A stretch of DNA of 64,000 bases from Candidatus Zhuqueibacterota bacterium (GTDB lineage: Bacteria; Zhuqueibacterota; Zhuqueibacteria; Residuimicrobiales; Krinioviventaceae): positions 23,349 through 87,348 of the forward strand of contig JAFGSB010000071.1 in the NCBI GenBank assembly GCA_016934825.1. Reading direction: 5' to 3'. The translations under genes and the position numbers were made by a program. Under the pieces are notes generated by a model. That model ran no database searches and was not told the DNA's origin. It worked only from the letters and a program-made list of their open reading frames with translations. Shown here in pieces: positions 19,134-29,581 of this stretch; the first letter of the stretch is position 1; each line of letters starts with the position of its first letter.

Positions 19134-20210
19134 ATGAAAAACATAATAATTGCATTTGTTTTATTTTTAAGCAGCCTATGTTTTTCTCAGGAATGGAAAC
19201 TTGTCTGGTCGGATGAATTTGAATATGAGGGATTGCCGGATTCAACAAAATGGAGTTATGAAGTCGGCTACATACGCAATAATGAAAAACAGTATTATAC
19301 CGAAAAAAGGTCCGAGAATGCGCGTGTGGAAAACGGGAATCTGGTCATTGAGGCAAGGAAGGAGGAGTATAAGGATTTTGATTATACTTCGGCCAGTATT
19401 CATACCAAAAAAACCGCGAACTGGACCTACGGCCGGATTGAAGTCAGGGCTAAACTGCCCACCGGCAAGGGGACCTGGCCGGCAATATGGATGCTTGGTG
19501 CCAATATTTCGGATGTGGGCTGGCCGGAATGCGGTGAAGTGGATTTTATGGAAAATGTGGGTTATGATCCCGAGCGCATACATTTTAACATCCATACCGA
19601 GGCTTATAATCACGTAAAGGGGACAAACAAAGGCACTTCGATTTCCGTAAACAAACCCTACGAAAAATTCAACGTTTATTCAATAGAGTGGTTCGAAGAC
19701 AGAATAGATTTTTATTTTAATTATACCAAAACGTTTACCTTTGAAAATGAATACAAAACCTGGAAAGAATGGCCTTACTTTGAACCGGAGTATCTGATCA
19801 TTAACCTGGCAATCGGCGGCAGTTGGGGGGGACTACAAGGTATCGATGACAGTATTTTCCCGCAAAAATATTTTATTGATTATGTCCGGGTGTACCAGGA
19901 TACATCGGAAGCCACAGACATCGAAAAAAAAAAGGTAAATGAATTCGGATTAAACGGATTAAAGAATTATCCAAATCCGTTCAATCCTGAAACTACTTTT
20001 GTTTTTCATGTTCCCCGTCAGCAGGATATCAGGCTGGAAATATTTAATCTGAGCGGTTAATTGGTATCCTGCTCACAATTGTATAATGTGCCCTCAGGCG
20101 ATTTTCAATACCGGTTTGACGCAACCGCGCTGCCCGGCGGTGTGTACTTTTGCAGGTTGGGTTATGAGAACGAAAAAATTTTGACGACAAAAGTTGTCTT
20201 GTTAAAATAG
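19134..20210 (+). pseudogene. GH16 family beta-glucanase (laminarinase-like) with T9SS C-terminal domain, interrupted by in-frame TAA at 20058-20060
   Basis: GH16 catalytic motif GEVDFMENVG (ExDxxE). The sorting domain begins NYPNPFNPETTFVFHV...IFNLSG, then TAA, then continues in the same frame as LVSCSQLYNVPSGDFQYRFDATALPGGVYFCRLGYENEKILTTKVVLLK*. The stop replaces the conserved Gln (CAA) of the LxGQ motif. Confidence 0.7.
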
Positions 20211-20378
20211 AAAGGACATATTAAGACAATTATCCCCGTGACGGTGATCTATAAGTAACTCACTATAAATAACACAGAATTTAAAGGAACAGTTGTTTGC
20301 CTGTTACAATCCTGAGAAAAATACGATCAAAAATATTTAAATTATAATTTTTACTGTTAAAAAAACGGAGTTCCCGCG

Positions 20379-21638
20379 ATGAAGCGACATATTTTTAATA
20401 CCCTGTTCCTTATTTTAATTTTTTCAACTGTTGGTGATGCTTTAATAGCAAACGCTGCGATTTCCATAAAAAGTTTTAAACACCATTTTGTTACCTGTGA
20501 CTTGCCGGGTGACTATGTAATGGGTATAGGCACCCCTGCTATGGCTGATTTTGACAGGGACGGCGATCTGGATTTTGCCTTTTGCTCCCGTGAGGACAGC
20601 TTTTACTGGTTTGAGAAACAGGATTCCACCAGGTGGATTATGCATGTCGTTGGGGAAATACATTTGGGAACACTTGGCGCGGTTGTCATGGATGTGGATA
20701 AAGATAAATGGCCGGATATTGTTATTGGCGGATACTGGTACCGGAATACACACAATCCCTGCTTTGAAAAATTCGAGTGTTTCCGTTTTGATGATACAAT
20801 ACAAAAAGGGATACATGACATTGTAACTGCGGATGTGAATAATGACGGACAGGCTGAAGTTGTTTTAACCTCTGACGGGTTCGGTTGTTACTGGTACACG
20901 ATACCTGAAAATCCAAAGGATAATTTTAACTGGCAAAAAATAACCATTACACTGGATGTTTTGGATGAAAATGATGATATACATGGTGGATTTGCTCCAA
21001 ACGGTGTGAATGATCTGGACGGCGACGGCGATATGGATGTTGTTTTGCCGGACAGATGGCTTGAAAATCAGGATAACGGGAAAATCTGGATAAAACACGG
21101 TCTCCCATTCGGGAAACGGGGCCCCTGGGGACTGTCGAGCCGGAGTTGGATAGCCGATCTGGATAAAGATGGCGATCATGACATTGTTATTGTTGATGCC
21201 GACCAGCAAGGATCACGTGGCGCGTGGCTCGAAAATGATGGCGCGACTCCCCCCGAATTTACAACGCACTTTTTACCGAAAACCGCTGACGGGACAAGGG
21301 GATCTTTTCATTCTCTTGCATTGGCCGATTTTGATAATGACGGCGATCTGGATATATTTACGGTTGAACAGGAGGACATATCCATATTGCCGGTCGGTGC
21401 ATCTCCCCGTGGGTATATTTGGGAAAATTTGGACGGTAAGAGTAAAGAGTTTGCGGAACGGATCATTTTTGATGAATCACTTGGCGGGCATGACGCCCTG
21501 GCGGCTGATGTTGACGGGGACGGTGATATCGATATCTATTTCAAAAATTGGTATAATTTGTTACAAAATGGCAACGGCGGTAAAGAACACGCCGATTTTT
21601 TGGAAAATCTTTTAATAAACGGTACATCCGATAAATAA
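20379..21638 (+). CDS. FG-GAP/VCBS-repeat beta-propeller protein, secreted
   Basis: Seven DxDxDGDxD repeats (DFDRDGDLDFAF, DLDGDGDMDVVL, DVDGDGDIDIYF and others), plus a signal peptide. Confidence 0.7.
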   Translation: MKRHIFNTLFLILIFSTVGDALIANAAISIKSFKHHFVTCDLPGDYVMGIGTPAMADFDRDGDLDFAFCSREDSFYWFEKQDSTRWIMHVVGEIHLGTLGAVVMDVDKDKWPDIVIGGYWYRNTHNPCFEKFECFRFDDTIQKGIHDIVTADVNNDGQAEVVLTSDGFGCYWYTIPENPKDNFNWQKITITLDVLDENDDIHGGFAPNGVNDLDGDGDMDVVLPDRWLENQDNGKIWIKHGLPFGKRGPWGLSSRSWIADLDKDGDHDIVIVDADQQGSRGAWLENDGATPPEFTTHFLPKTADGTRGSFHSLALADFDNDGDLDIFTVEQEDISILPVGASPRGYIWENLDGKSKEFAERIIFDESLGGHDALAADVDGDGDIDIYFKNWYNLLQNGNGGKEHADFLENLLINGTSDK

Positions 21639-21895
21639 TGTGATTTTTGAGGCCAAAACATATAAGCGATTTTCCGCCCCATTCGCAGGAAAAATTAACT
21701 GGGATATTTTAACAGGATTTAAATTCAGTGCAGATATATTTTAAACATAACAACTGATACAGAAGGATGGATATTTTAATTTTTTTTTGTTTGAAAAAGA
21801 TATACTGAAATGGAACCTGAATTATTATTTCGCGTTCTTTTAACATAATTCTGCCGGTCCGTTTTATGAAATATAATCGATATGGAGACTAAATC

Positions 21896-24301
21896 TTGAA
21901 TAAAATTTTTTTGTGTTTATTGTTTTTGGGTTTTGTCTCTTTAGCTTATTCCGGGCCTTCCAATGTCATTCACGGTGTCATACGGGACAAAGACACCGGC
22001 ATCCCTTTGCCGAATGCAAATATCCAGATTGTGGGAACATACAGGGGTACAATTACCAACAATTCAGGGCGCTTTAAACTTGAGGTGCGCGAATATCCCG
22101 TGCGAATACGCGTTCGCTACATCGGCTACCGGTCAACAGAATTTACAGTTAATACGGATTCACCGGAGGATATAAATATCGATTTACAACCTATTGTGAT
22201 ACAAATGCCCGAAATTGTCGTCACAGACGAGGACCCGGCGGTGGAGATCATGCGTCAGGTTATCAGGAAAAAACAGCAATGGCGCAGGAAATTGGAAAAT
22301 TTTCGGGGGGATGCATATATTCGTTTTGTCCTGGAAAACGATACCAGTATTGTTGTGTTGAGCGAGAGTACATCCGAATTTTTCTGGCATTCCAAATTCG
22401 GCAGCAGGGAGATCATCAAATCCAAAAAAATAACCAGAAATATTGATCCGGATTTCCCGGCCATGTCCGCAAGCGGCTTTCATAATTTTTATGATGATGA
22501 GCTTTTTATTCACCAATCACGCATTATCGGCCCAACGCACCCCGATGCGATCAAGCACTATAAATTTAAACTCGTCGGACATCGTTCCCTGGACGAAAAA
22601 ATTGTTTTTGACATTGCCATTTCCCCTAAAAATAAATTACAACCCGCTTTAACCGGACAACTTTCCGTGCTGGACGAGGAATTTGCCATGCTTGAAATAG
22701 ATGTAAGGCCTAACGATGCCGTTCGTTTTCCTTTTCCTATCAATAATTTTAATATAACTTTTAAACAGCAGTTCAGCAATTATGGGGGTGAATTCTGGCT
22801 TCCTGTGGATATCCGTGAGGACGGCAGTATAAAAATAAAAATGCCGGGTCTGCTGGAATTCCCGAATATCAAATTTTACAAGTTATGCCGCCTGACCAAT
22901 TATTCTTTAAATACCGTGTTGCCCGATACGCTTTATCGGGAAACCGAAAAAAAAAGAATCGTATACCGAAACGAAGCAAAACAGGATACATTGATCACAG
23001 ATAATATTCAGACCATTCCATTAACGCAAGATGAAAAAACCGCCTACCGAAATCTCGACAGCACAGTTACGCTCATAGAGAGCTTTAAGCCGCGGGGTGT
23101 TCTGGCGGGAATGGTGAAAATGGACGTTAGGGTAGAAGATGAAAACGGGAAAACTTTAGATTCGTTATCGTCCGGGAAGACAATAAAACATAAAATGAAA
23201 CCCCGGTTTTCTCCGCAAATCCGGTTCAACCGGGTGGATGCCTATCATTTGGGTGTGAATTGTGGATTAGAATTCGCAAAACGGTTTGATTTGAGCTTTA
23301 ACGGCGCTTATAAAACCGGTCTCAAAAGCTGGGCCTGGGGTGTTGGCGGAACGATGTATTTTCAGGCAGACAAAAAAGCTTTTCTGACCGTCACTCATTC
23401 CAGGGAAACGGATTCGCGTTATGATTCCGATATTTATCCATCTTATTTTAACAGTATTCTTGTTTTATCAGGTTTGACGGATTACTTTGATTATTACCGG
23501 AACCAAAAAACCGAAATTCTGGCCGGGAAACGCTTTTCTGTTTTGAACAGCAGGATAACAATTGGAATTCACAACGAGCATCACAGCCCGCTTGAAAAGC
23601 AAACGGATGAAAACTGGCTGAATCAAAAGATACATCAGCCGGAAAATCCCGCCGTTCGTGATGCAACATTGCGTTCTGTTTCCCTGAAAGCGCAATTCGG
23701 GCATGATTTGATCCCGATATCGATTTCAGAACAAAAAAGAATACTGCTGTATATCGAACACAGTGCAAAAGATGTTTTGTCAAGCGCTTTTGATTATACA
23801 TTGTACCGGCTGACGGCGGACTGGCGGATACCCACATTTCTGAAAAGACGTTTTATGACCAATGTTTTGGATGTACGGTTGATTGCCGGAACCGCAACCG
23901 GAACACCGCCGATAGAACGTTATGGAGCCCTGGATGTGAGTACTGGCCTCTATTCACCTTTCGGTATTTTCAAAACTCTGAGAAAAAGACCGTTTGCAAG
24001 TGATCGTTTTTGCGCGATGTTTTGGGAACATAATTTTCGTACCGTTCCTTTTGAGATAATAGGATTAAAGTGGCTGGCGGACAACAATATCGGCGTGATA
24101 CTGCACGGCGCTTCCGGTCGAACCTGGATGCCGAAACGGGATCCGTCAGTTGCGGATTATAAACTTTATGTGCTGGACAAATGGCACCATGAAATCGGTA
24201 TTTCGTTGAACGGATTGTTCGGTTATTTCAGGATAGATGTTACCCGTCCTGTTGAGGATAGTTCCTATTATTTCGGACTGAGTGTTGCCAGGATATTTTG
24301 A
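21896..24301 (+). CDS. CarboxypepD_reg-like domain plus DUF5686-type large secreted/outer-membrane protein
   Basis: TTG start. Signal peptide, then VIHGVIRDKDTGIPLPNANIQIVGTYRGTITNNSGRFKLEV (carboxypeptidase-regulatory-like fold). Roughly 800 aa, matching the DUF5686 architecture. Confidence 0.5.
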   Translation: MNKIFLCLLFLGFVSLAYSGPSNVIHGVIRDKDTGIPLPNANIQIVGTYRGTITNNSGRFKLEVREYPVRIRVRYIGYRSTEFTVNTDSPEDINIDLQPIVIQMPEIVVTDEDPAVEIMRQVIRKKQQWRRKLENFRGDAYIRFVLENDTSIVVLSESTSEFFWHSKFGSREIIKSKKITRNIDPDFPAMSASGFHNFYDDELFIHQSRIIGPTHPDAIKHYKFKLVGHRSLDEKIVFDIAISPKNKLQPALTGQLSVLDEEFAMLEIDVRPNDAVRFPFPINNFNITFKQQFSNYGGEFWLPVDIREDGSIKIKMPGLLEFPNIKFYKLCRLTNYSLNTVLPDTLYRETEKKRIVYRNEAKQDTLITDNIQTIPLTQDEKTAYRNLDSTVTLIESFKPRGVLAGMVKMDVRVEDENGKTLDSLSSGKTIKHKMKPRFSPQIRFNRVDAYHLGVNCGLEFAKRFDLSFNGAYKTGLKSWAWGVGGTMYFQADKKAFLTVTHSRETDSRYDSDIYPSYFNSILVLSGLTDYFDYYRNQKTEILAGKRFSVLNSRITIGIHNEHHSPLEKQTDENWLNQKIHQPENPAVRDATLRSVSLKAQFGHDLIPISISEQKRILLYIEHSAKDVLSSAFDYTLYRLTADWRIPTFLKRRFMTNVLDVRLIAGTATGTPPIERYGALDVSTGLYSPFGIFKTLRKRPFASDRFCAMFWEHNFRTVPFEIIGLKWLADNNIGVILHGASGRTWMPKRDPSVADYKLYVLDKWHHEIGISLNGLFGYFRIDVTRPVEDSSYYFGLSVARIF

Positions 24302-24363
24302 TTTTTTTTAATAGTTTGTTACGATTGAAAAAACAGTAATTTATACAAAATTAAAATTGGATA

Positions 24364-25314
24364 ATGAAATCAATACAAATATTTCAATTTGGAGCACCGG
24401 ATGTTCTGAAAATCAGGGAGACGTCTGTCCCGGAATATGGGATAAATCAGGTTTTGATACGGGTCAAATCTGCGGGCGTCAATCCTGTTGATGCGAAAAC
24501 CCGGCGCGGACTTGGATTCATTGCCGAAAAGATCAAAAATAACCTGCCCTGGGTACCCGGTTATGATATTTCCGGCGTGGTTGAAGCTGTCGGAGAACAG
24601 GTAAAAACTTTTAACCCCGGAGACGAAGTGTATGGTATGATCGGATTTCCGGAACGCGGCGACGCTTATGCGCAATTTGCAGTCGCGGAAATGAATGAAA
24701 TCACGCGTAAACCCGCAAATATCAATTTTGACCATTCTGCGGCAGTACCGCTGGCGGCGCTGACCGCCTGGCAGGCCCTGTACACTGCCGGACGTTTACA
24801 GTCAGGACAGCGGGTAATGATTCTGGCGGCCGCCGGCGGGGTGGGACATTTTGCCGTCCAGTTTGCCAAACATGCCGGCGCGACGGTTATCGGAACGGCC
24901 TCAGAACGAAATAAAGACTTTTTACTTGATTTCCTGGGTTGTGATGAATTTATTGATTATAATGATTTTTCAAATATGGGGAAATTTTCGGATATTGATT
25001 TAATCATCGATGCCGTCGGGGGAGAATATGGAATGCAGTCTTTGATGGTGTTGAAAAATGAGGGTATTATGGTTACTCTGCCGACAATTACGGCAGACAA
25101 AATCCTGGAAACAGCGGAGTTGGCCGGGTTGAACGCTACCGGCATGGTTGTCAAAGCGGATATGAGTAACCTCAACTCGATCACGGCTTTAATAGAATCC
25201 GGCGAGGTAAAAGTACACATTGATCACATATATCCCCTACAGGACGCCCATATCGCGCATGAAAAAATTGAAACCGGTCATGTCAGCGGCAAGCTGGCTC
25301 TGGCAATGCCGTAA
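24364..25314 (+). CDS. Zinc-independent MDR family NADPH:quinone oxidoreductase-like protein
   Basis: GAPDVLKIRETSVPE...VLIRVKSAGVNPVD and the AAGGVG Rossmann motif. Confidence 0.8.
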   Translation: MKSIQIFQFGAPDVLKIRETSVPEYGINQVLIRVKSAGVNPVDAKTRRGLGFIAEKIKNNLPWVPGYDISGVVEAVGEQVKTFNPGDEVYGMIGFPERGDAYAQFAVAEMNEITRKPANINFDHSAAVPLAALTAWQALYTAGRLQSGQRVMILAAAGGVGHFAVQFAKHAGATVIGTASERNKDFLLDFLGCDEFIDYNDFSNMGKFSDIDLIIDAVGGEYGMQSLMVLKNEGIMVTLPTITADKILETAELAGLNATGMVVKADMSNLNSITALIESGEVKVHIDHIYPLQDAHIAHEKIETGHVSGKLALAMP

Positions 25315-25423
25315 ATTGTTTACCTGTTCTGTTTTAACAGATCATCATCTCCGGGTTTAAAATTATTAAACTATTCGTTGCATGTTTTAATTTTTCATTA
25401 TACTTTATTTATCATAAATTTTG

Positions 25424-25457
25424 TCACTGGTGTCCGAATAAACCCGGACACCAGTGA
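25424..25457. promoter_or_regulatory. Perfect 13-bp inverted repeat (TCACTGGTGTCCG-N8-CGGACACCAGTGA), candidate operator or terminator
   Basis: Seen directly. Lies 110 nt after the MDR stop and 40 nt before the DUF1080-PHP start. No clean U-tract follows. Confidence 0.4.
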
Positions 25458-25495
25458 AACTTTGTTAAAAAATTACAGCAGGGAGAGGGCCGCTT

Positions 25496-26953
25496 ATGTA
25501 TAAAAAAAGAATGCTTTTGGTAATAGTGATTGCATTTGTGTCAATTTTTTGTGTGACCGTCTGTTCCGAATTCGGTTCCCGGGGCTGGATATTATTATTT
25601 GATGGGAAAACACTCGAGGGGTGGAAGATCAGCGAGAACCCGGGGTCCGCCCGTGTGGAAGAAGGAGTGATGGTATGCAACGGACCGCGGGCGCATGTTT
25701 TTTACGCCGGAAAAGTGCATAATGCAAATTTTAAAAATTTCGAGTTAAAGGTGGATGTAAAAACCAAACCGGGCACCAATTCCGGGATTTATTTTCATAC
25801 CGCTTACCAGGAGGAAGGCTGGCCGACTGCGGGATATGAAGTCCAGGTGAACAACAGTCAGGAAGAACACGATGGTTATTATGAATTCAAAAAAACCGGC
25901 AGCCTGTACGGTATCCGGAACATTTATAAACAGCTCGTTGCCGATAACGAATGGTTTAACATGCACATTATCGTAAAGGAGCAGCGAATTCAGGTTAATT
26001 TAAATGGTGACCTGGTTGTCGATTTTATCCAGCCGGAGAATGACAGTAACAAACTTAGGGGCGGCACATTCGCTTTTCAGTGCCATGATCCCAACAGTAC
26101 GGCATATTTTAAGAATATCCGGGTCAAACCGCTTCCCGATGATATAATAGCGGAAAAAGTTGAATTGCCGTTAATGGATTCGGTCTATGTGCAAATTTTA
26201 CAGTTAAGCAGGGATAATTTCCCGCTGATCGATTTTCATGCGCATTTAAAAGGCGGCTTGACTTTGGACGATATTCTGGCAAAAACACGGCGGGATGGAA
26301 TTAATTACGGTATTGCCCCCAACTGCGGCGTCGGGTTCCCTATTAAGGATGATAAAGGTATTGAGGACTTCCTGAAAACAATGCAGGACCAGACTGTTTT
26401 TATCGGTATGCAGGCGGAAGGCCGGGAGTGGGTCGATATGTTTTCCCGGGAAGCCATCGCAAAATTCGATTATGTTTTTACGGACGCTATGACATTTACC
26501 GACAACAACGGCAAACGGATACGGCTGTGGATTAAGGACGAGGTCGATATAAAAGACAAACAGGCATTTATGGATATGTATGTGGAAAAAATACTCGGTG
26601 TATTGAATGATGAACCCATCGATATTTATGTCAATCCGACATTTTTGCCGGAAGTCATACGCAACGAATATGATCAATTATGGACCCCGGAACGTATGCT
26701 CAAGGTTATCGACGCGGCGGTCAAAAATGATGTGGCAATAGAGATCAACGATCGTTACCTGTTGCCGAGCTCGGCATTTATCAAAATTGCCAAAATGGCG
26801 GGAGCAAAATTCTCCTTCGGCACCAACAACGGCGGCAAGGATGATCTGGGACGACTGGAATATTGCCTGGAGATGATCAAAGAGTGCAGCCTGACCAACA
26901 GGGATATGTTTATGCCCAAACCGGATGGAATGAAGAAAGCGCAGGTAAAATAA
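25496..26953 (+). CDS. DUF1080 (3-keto-disaccharide hydrolase-like) domain fused to a PHP/TIM-barrel-like metal hydrolase domain, secreted
   Basis: N-terminal GWILLFDGKTLEGWKISE...GIYFH (DUF1080 jelly-roll). The C-terminal half begins DFHAHLKGGLTLDDIL (PHP-like His cluster). Confidence 0.55.
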   Translation: MYKKRMLLVIVIAFVSIFCVTVCSEFGSRGWILLFDGKTLEGWKISENPGSARVEEGVMVCNGPRAHVFYAGKVHNANFKNFELKVDVKTKPGTNSGIYFHTAYQEEGWPTAGYEVQVNNSQEEHDGYYEFKKTGSLYGIRNIYKQLVADNEWFNMHIIVKEQRIQVNLNGDLVVDFIQPENDSNKLRGGTFAFQCHDPNSTAYFKNIRVKPLPDDIIAEKVELPLMDSVYVQILQLSRDNFPLIDFHAHLKGGLTLDDILAKTRRDGINYGIAPNCGVGFPIKDDKGIEDFLKTMQDQTVFIGMQAEGREWVDMFSREAIAKFDYVFTDAMTFTDNNGKRIRLWIKDEVDIKDKQAFMDMYVEKILGVLNDEPIDIYVNPTFLPEVIRNEYDQLWTPERMLKVIDAAVKNDVAIEINDRYLLPSSAFIKIAKMAGAKFSFGTNNGGKDDLGRLEYCLEMIKECSLTNRDMFMPKPDGMKKAQVK

Positions 26954-27149
26954 AAGTTATACGTCTATGAATTTAATGTCAATTTATATATTCGCTATCG
27001 ACGTTTCAATTTATTCAGGCAGGAATTAATTACTTTGCCATTGAATTATAACATCCGGGTCCTATATGAAATTTAATTTTTTAATTTGAGAATTTTTCAT
27101 AAATTAAGTTTATTCTAATAATAGAATCATTAAAAGAAATTCCTGGAAT

Positions 27150-28562
27150 ATGAAAACCAAAGAACAACTTTCTTTTACCTATCCAATTGATAAACTACAA
27201 ATCAAATTATCATATAAAGATAAGTTGATCGACCTTTTAAATAGAAACCTTGATTTCCATAATCAGCACAGTAATTATTCTTCCCACAATTTTCATTCTT
27301 TCCCGGCAAAATTTCCGCCCCAATTACCCAAATTGTTTATTGATGAACTTACAGAGCCAAATGAAATTATACTTGATCCTATGGTTGGTTCCGGCACCAC
27401 AATTGTAGAAGCATATTTGGCTAACCGAAAAGGGATAGGACTTGATATAGATCCTTTATCATTAAAGATATCAAAAATAAAAACAACACCAATGAATCCT
27501 AAAAGGATTATTGAAAGCGCAAGATTAATTTATCGAAATTCCAAACATGATTTTGAAAATAATACCACGTATCTTGAGTCTCTTTTGGATAAAAAGTTTG
27601 ACTCCAAAACAAAAGAATTTGTTGATTACTGGTTTTTACCCGAGATTCAACTGGAACTGATTGCCTTGTTAAATCAAATCTCAAAAATTGATGATATCCT
27701 AATAAGAAATTTTTTCCAGGTTACTTTTTCTTCAATTATTATTACTAAAACCGGGGGAGTTTCACTTGCGCTTGATCTCGCTCATACGCGTCCGCATAAG
27801 GCCAGGACGATTATAGATAAAAATAATACAATTCGTTATGGACAAGAATTTCTGGATTCTGATTCTAAAAGAAAAAGTTACCAGACAAAAACTATCAGAT
27901 CTCCACTTGATGAATTTTGGAAAAAAGTAACTCAAAACCTGAAAAGTATTGTAAACTATCATCCACAAAGGATCGAGCCGGATATTAAATTTTGTGACTC
28001 TCAAAATCTTTCATTAAATGATGAATCCGTGGATTTAATTATCACGTCACCTCCTTATGCGTCCAATGCCATAGATTATATGAGGGCCCATAAATTTTCT
28101 CTTATATGGTTGGGTTATAATATTGAAGAGTTAACTGTAAAACGGAAACAATATATTGGCGGAGAATTAGTATCCGACTTTTTATTCGAAAAATTACCTC
28201 CTTTTTCTCTAAAAAAGGTTAATGAAATATCTGCATTGGATTCGAAGAGAGGGTTTGTTTTAAAAAGATATTATTCTGAAATGTCAAGAGTTTTCAAAGA
28301 AATGTATCGGGTCCTGAAGCCCAATAAAGCCGCGATCGTTGTTGTGGGCAGTTCAATTATGAAAGGAATTGATACAGAAACACATAAATGTTTAGCTGAA
28401 ATAGGGGGAAATATTGGATTTTTAGTTCCACATATTGGGGTGCGAAATTTAGATCGCAACAAAAGAATGCTCCCTGCAGGTTATAAAACTGATTTGAATT
28501 CACAAATTCAACAGAGAATGCATAAAGAGTATATTATAGGATTTTATAAACCAGAAAAATAG
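27150..28562 (+). CDS. Type II DNA methyltransferase (N6-adenine or N4-cytosine; motif I before motif IV, alpha-like order)
   Basis: Motif I DPMVGSGTT (residues about 77-85) and motif IV IITSPPYASNAIDY (about 300). Gene is visibly AT-rich compared with its neighbours. Confidence 0.75.
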   Translation: MKTKEQLSFTYPIDKLQIKLSYKDKLIDLLNRNLDFHNQHSNYSSHNFHSFPAKFPPQLPKLFIDELTEPNEIILDPMVGSGTTIVEAYLANRKGIGLDIDPLSLKISKIKTTPMNPKRIIESARLIYRNSKHDFENNTTYLESLLDKKFDSKTKEFVDYWFLPEIQLELIALLNQISKIDDILIRNFFQVTFSSIIITKTGGVSLALDLAHTRPHKARTIIDKNNTIRYGQEFLDSDSKRKSYQTKTIRSPLDEFWKKVTQNLKSIVNYHPQRIEPDIKFCDSQNLSLNDESVDLIITSPPYASNAIDYMRAHKFSLIWLGYNIEELTVKRKQYIGGELVSDFLFEKLPPFSLKKVNEISALDSKRGFVLKRYYSEMSRVFKEMYRVLKPNKAAIVVVGSSIMKGIDTETHKCLAEIGGNIGFLVPHIGVRNLDRNKRMLPAGYKTDLNSQIQQRMHKEYIIGFYKPEK

Positions 28563-28583
28563 ATTTTATTAGGGTGGATTTTT

Positions 28584-29444
28584 ATGACAATTTCCGAGTT
28601 AAGAAAACAATATCATGAAAATATTTGTAAAGATCTCCTCAGAATGAATAAAAATACTGATAAAGGAGATTATCCGAATAATGCTGATGGAGATAGTAAA
28701 ATCAGTGTAAATATTGCAAGAGAAATATTGTTACAGCTTTGTTCTGAACCAGTCTACGGGAATATTTCAGGACAAAAAGCCGGTAAGATATTTGAAATGC
28801 TCACGAAAGATTTTATTGCACATTCTTTTAGTTTATTGGAACATATACGTCCGGGAGAATGGAGCTATCTCATCGAAACAGAAATTTCACATTTTGAACA
28901 ATATAAAGATTTGGCTGAAATTGACATTATTTTAAAAGAACATAAAAAATTAGCCGCAACTTTTGGACAAGATTATATTATTAAACCTGATATCATTATC
29001 GGGAGAAAACCTGTCTCCGATGCGATGTTTAACAAAAAGGGAAAAATTGTTGATTATAAAAACAATGCTGCAAAACTGACACCTTTACGCGAATCTAATT
29101 GCGTAACTCCTAAACAGTTACTACATGCCAGTATCTCATGTAAATGGACATTAAGGAGTGATCGTGCACAAAATATTAGAACTGAAGCATTTAATCTGAT
29201 AAGAAATCGAAAAGGGAAATTACCTCATATTGTTGCCGTCACTGCCGAACCGACTTTAACAAGGATAGCAAGTCTGGCTTTAGGTACCGGAGATATTGAT
29301 TGCGTCTATCATTTCGCATTGGATGAATTAAAGAATGCCGTTTTTAACATAAATGATGATAGTCAAATCGATATGTTCCATATTCTGGTAGAGGGGCGCA
29401 GGCTTCGGGACATTAGTGATTTGCCATTTGATTTGGCAATCTAA
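28584..29444 (+). CDS. Candidate cognate type II restriction endonuclease (unassigned family)
   Basis: Lies 21 nt downstream of the methyltransferase on the same strand with the same AT-rich composition. 286 aa with no recognisable family. The call rests on context only. Confidence 0.35.
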   Translation: MTISELRKQYHENICKDLLRMNKNTDKGDYPNNADGDSKISVNIAREILLQLCSEPVYGNISGQKAGKIFEMLTKDFIAHSFSLLEHIRPGEWSYLIETEISHFEQYKDLAEIDIILKEHKKLAATFGQDYIIKPDIIIGRKPVSDAMFNKKGKIVDYKNNAAKLTPLRESNCVTPKQLLHASISCKWTLRSDRAQNIRTEAFNLIRNRKGKLPHIVAVTAEPTLTRIASLALGTGDIDCVYHFALDELKNAVFNINDDSQIDMFHILVEGRRLRDISDLPFDLAI

Positions 29445-29581
29445 GGTAAGTGTGTCCAATACAGGTTTCCATCGATACGTACTTTTTTGATTCAGAATTA
29501 AACAGATTTGGTTATTGTAAAGTATGTGAATTTGTTCTGATCTGCAGAATAATGATCGGACAACAGGAAACGGATTACCGT

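Noticed and set aside
20058-20060. Stop-codon reassignment (TAA as sense) explaining the interrupted GH16 gene
   Set aside because: TAA terminates other well-supported genes in the window (for example at 5310-5312 and 5757-5759), so a global recoding is unlikely.
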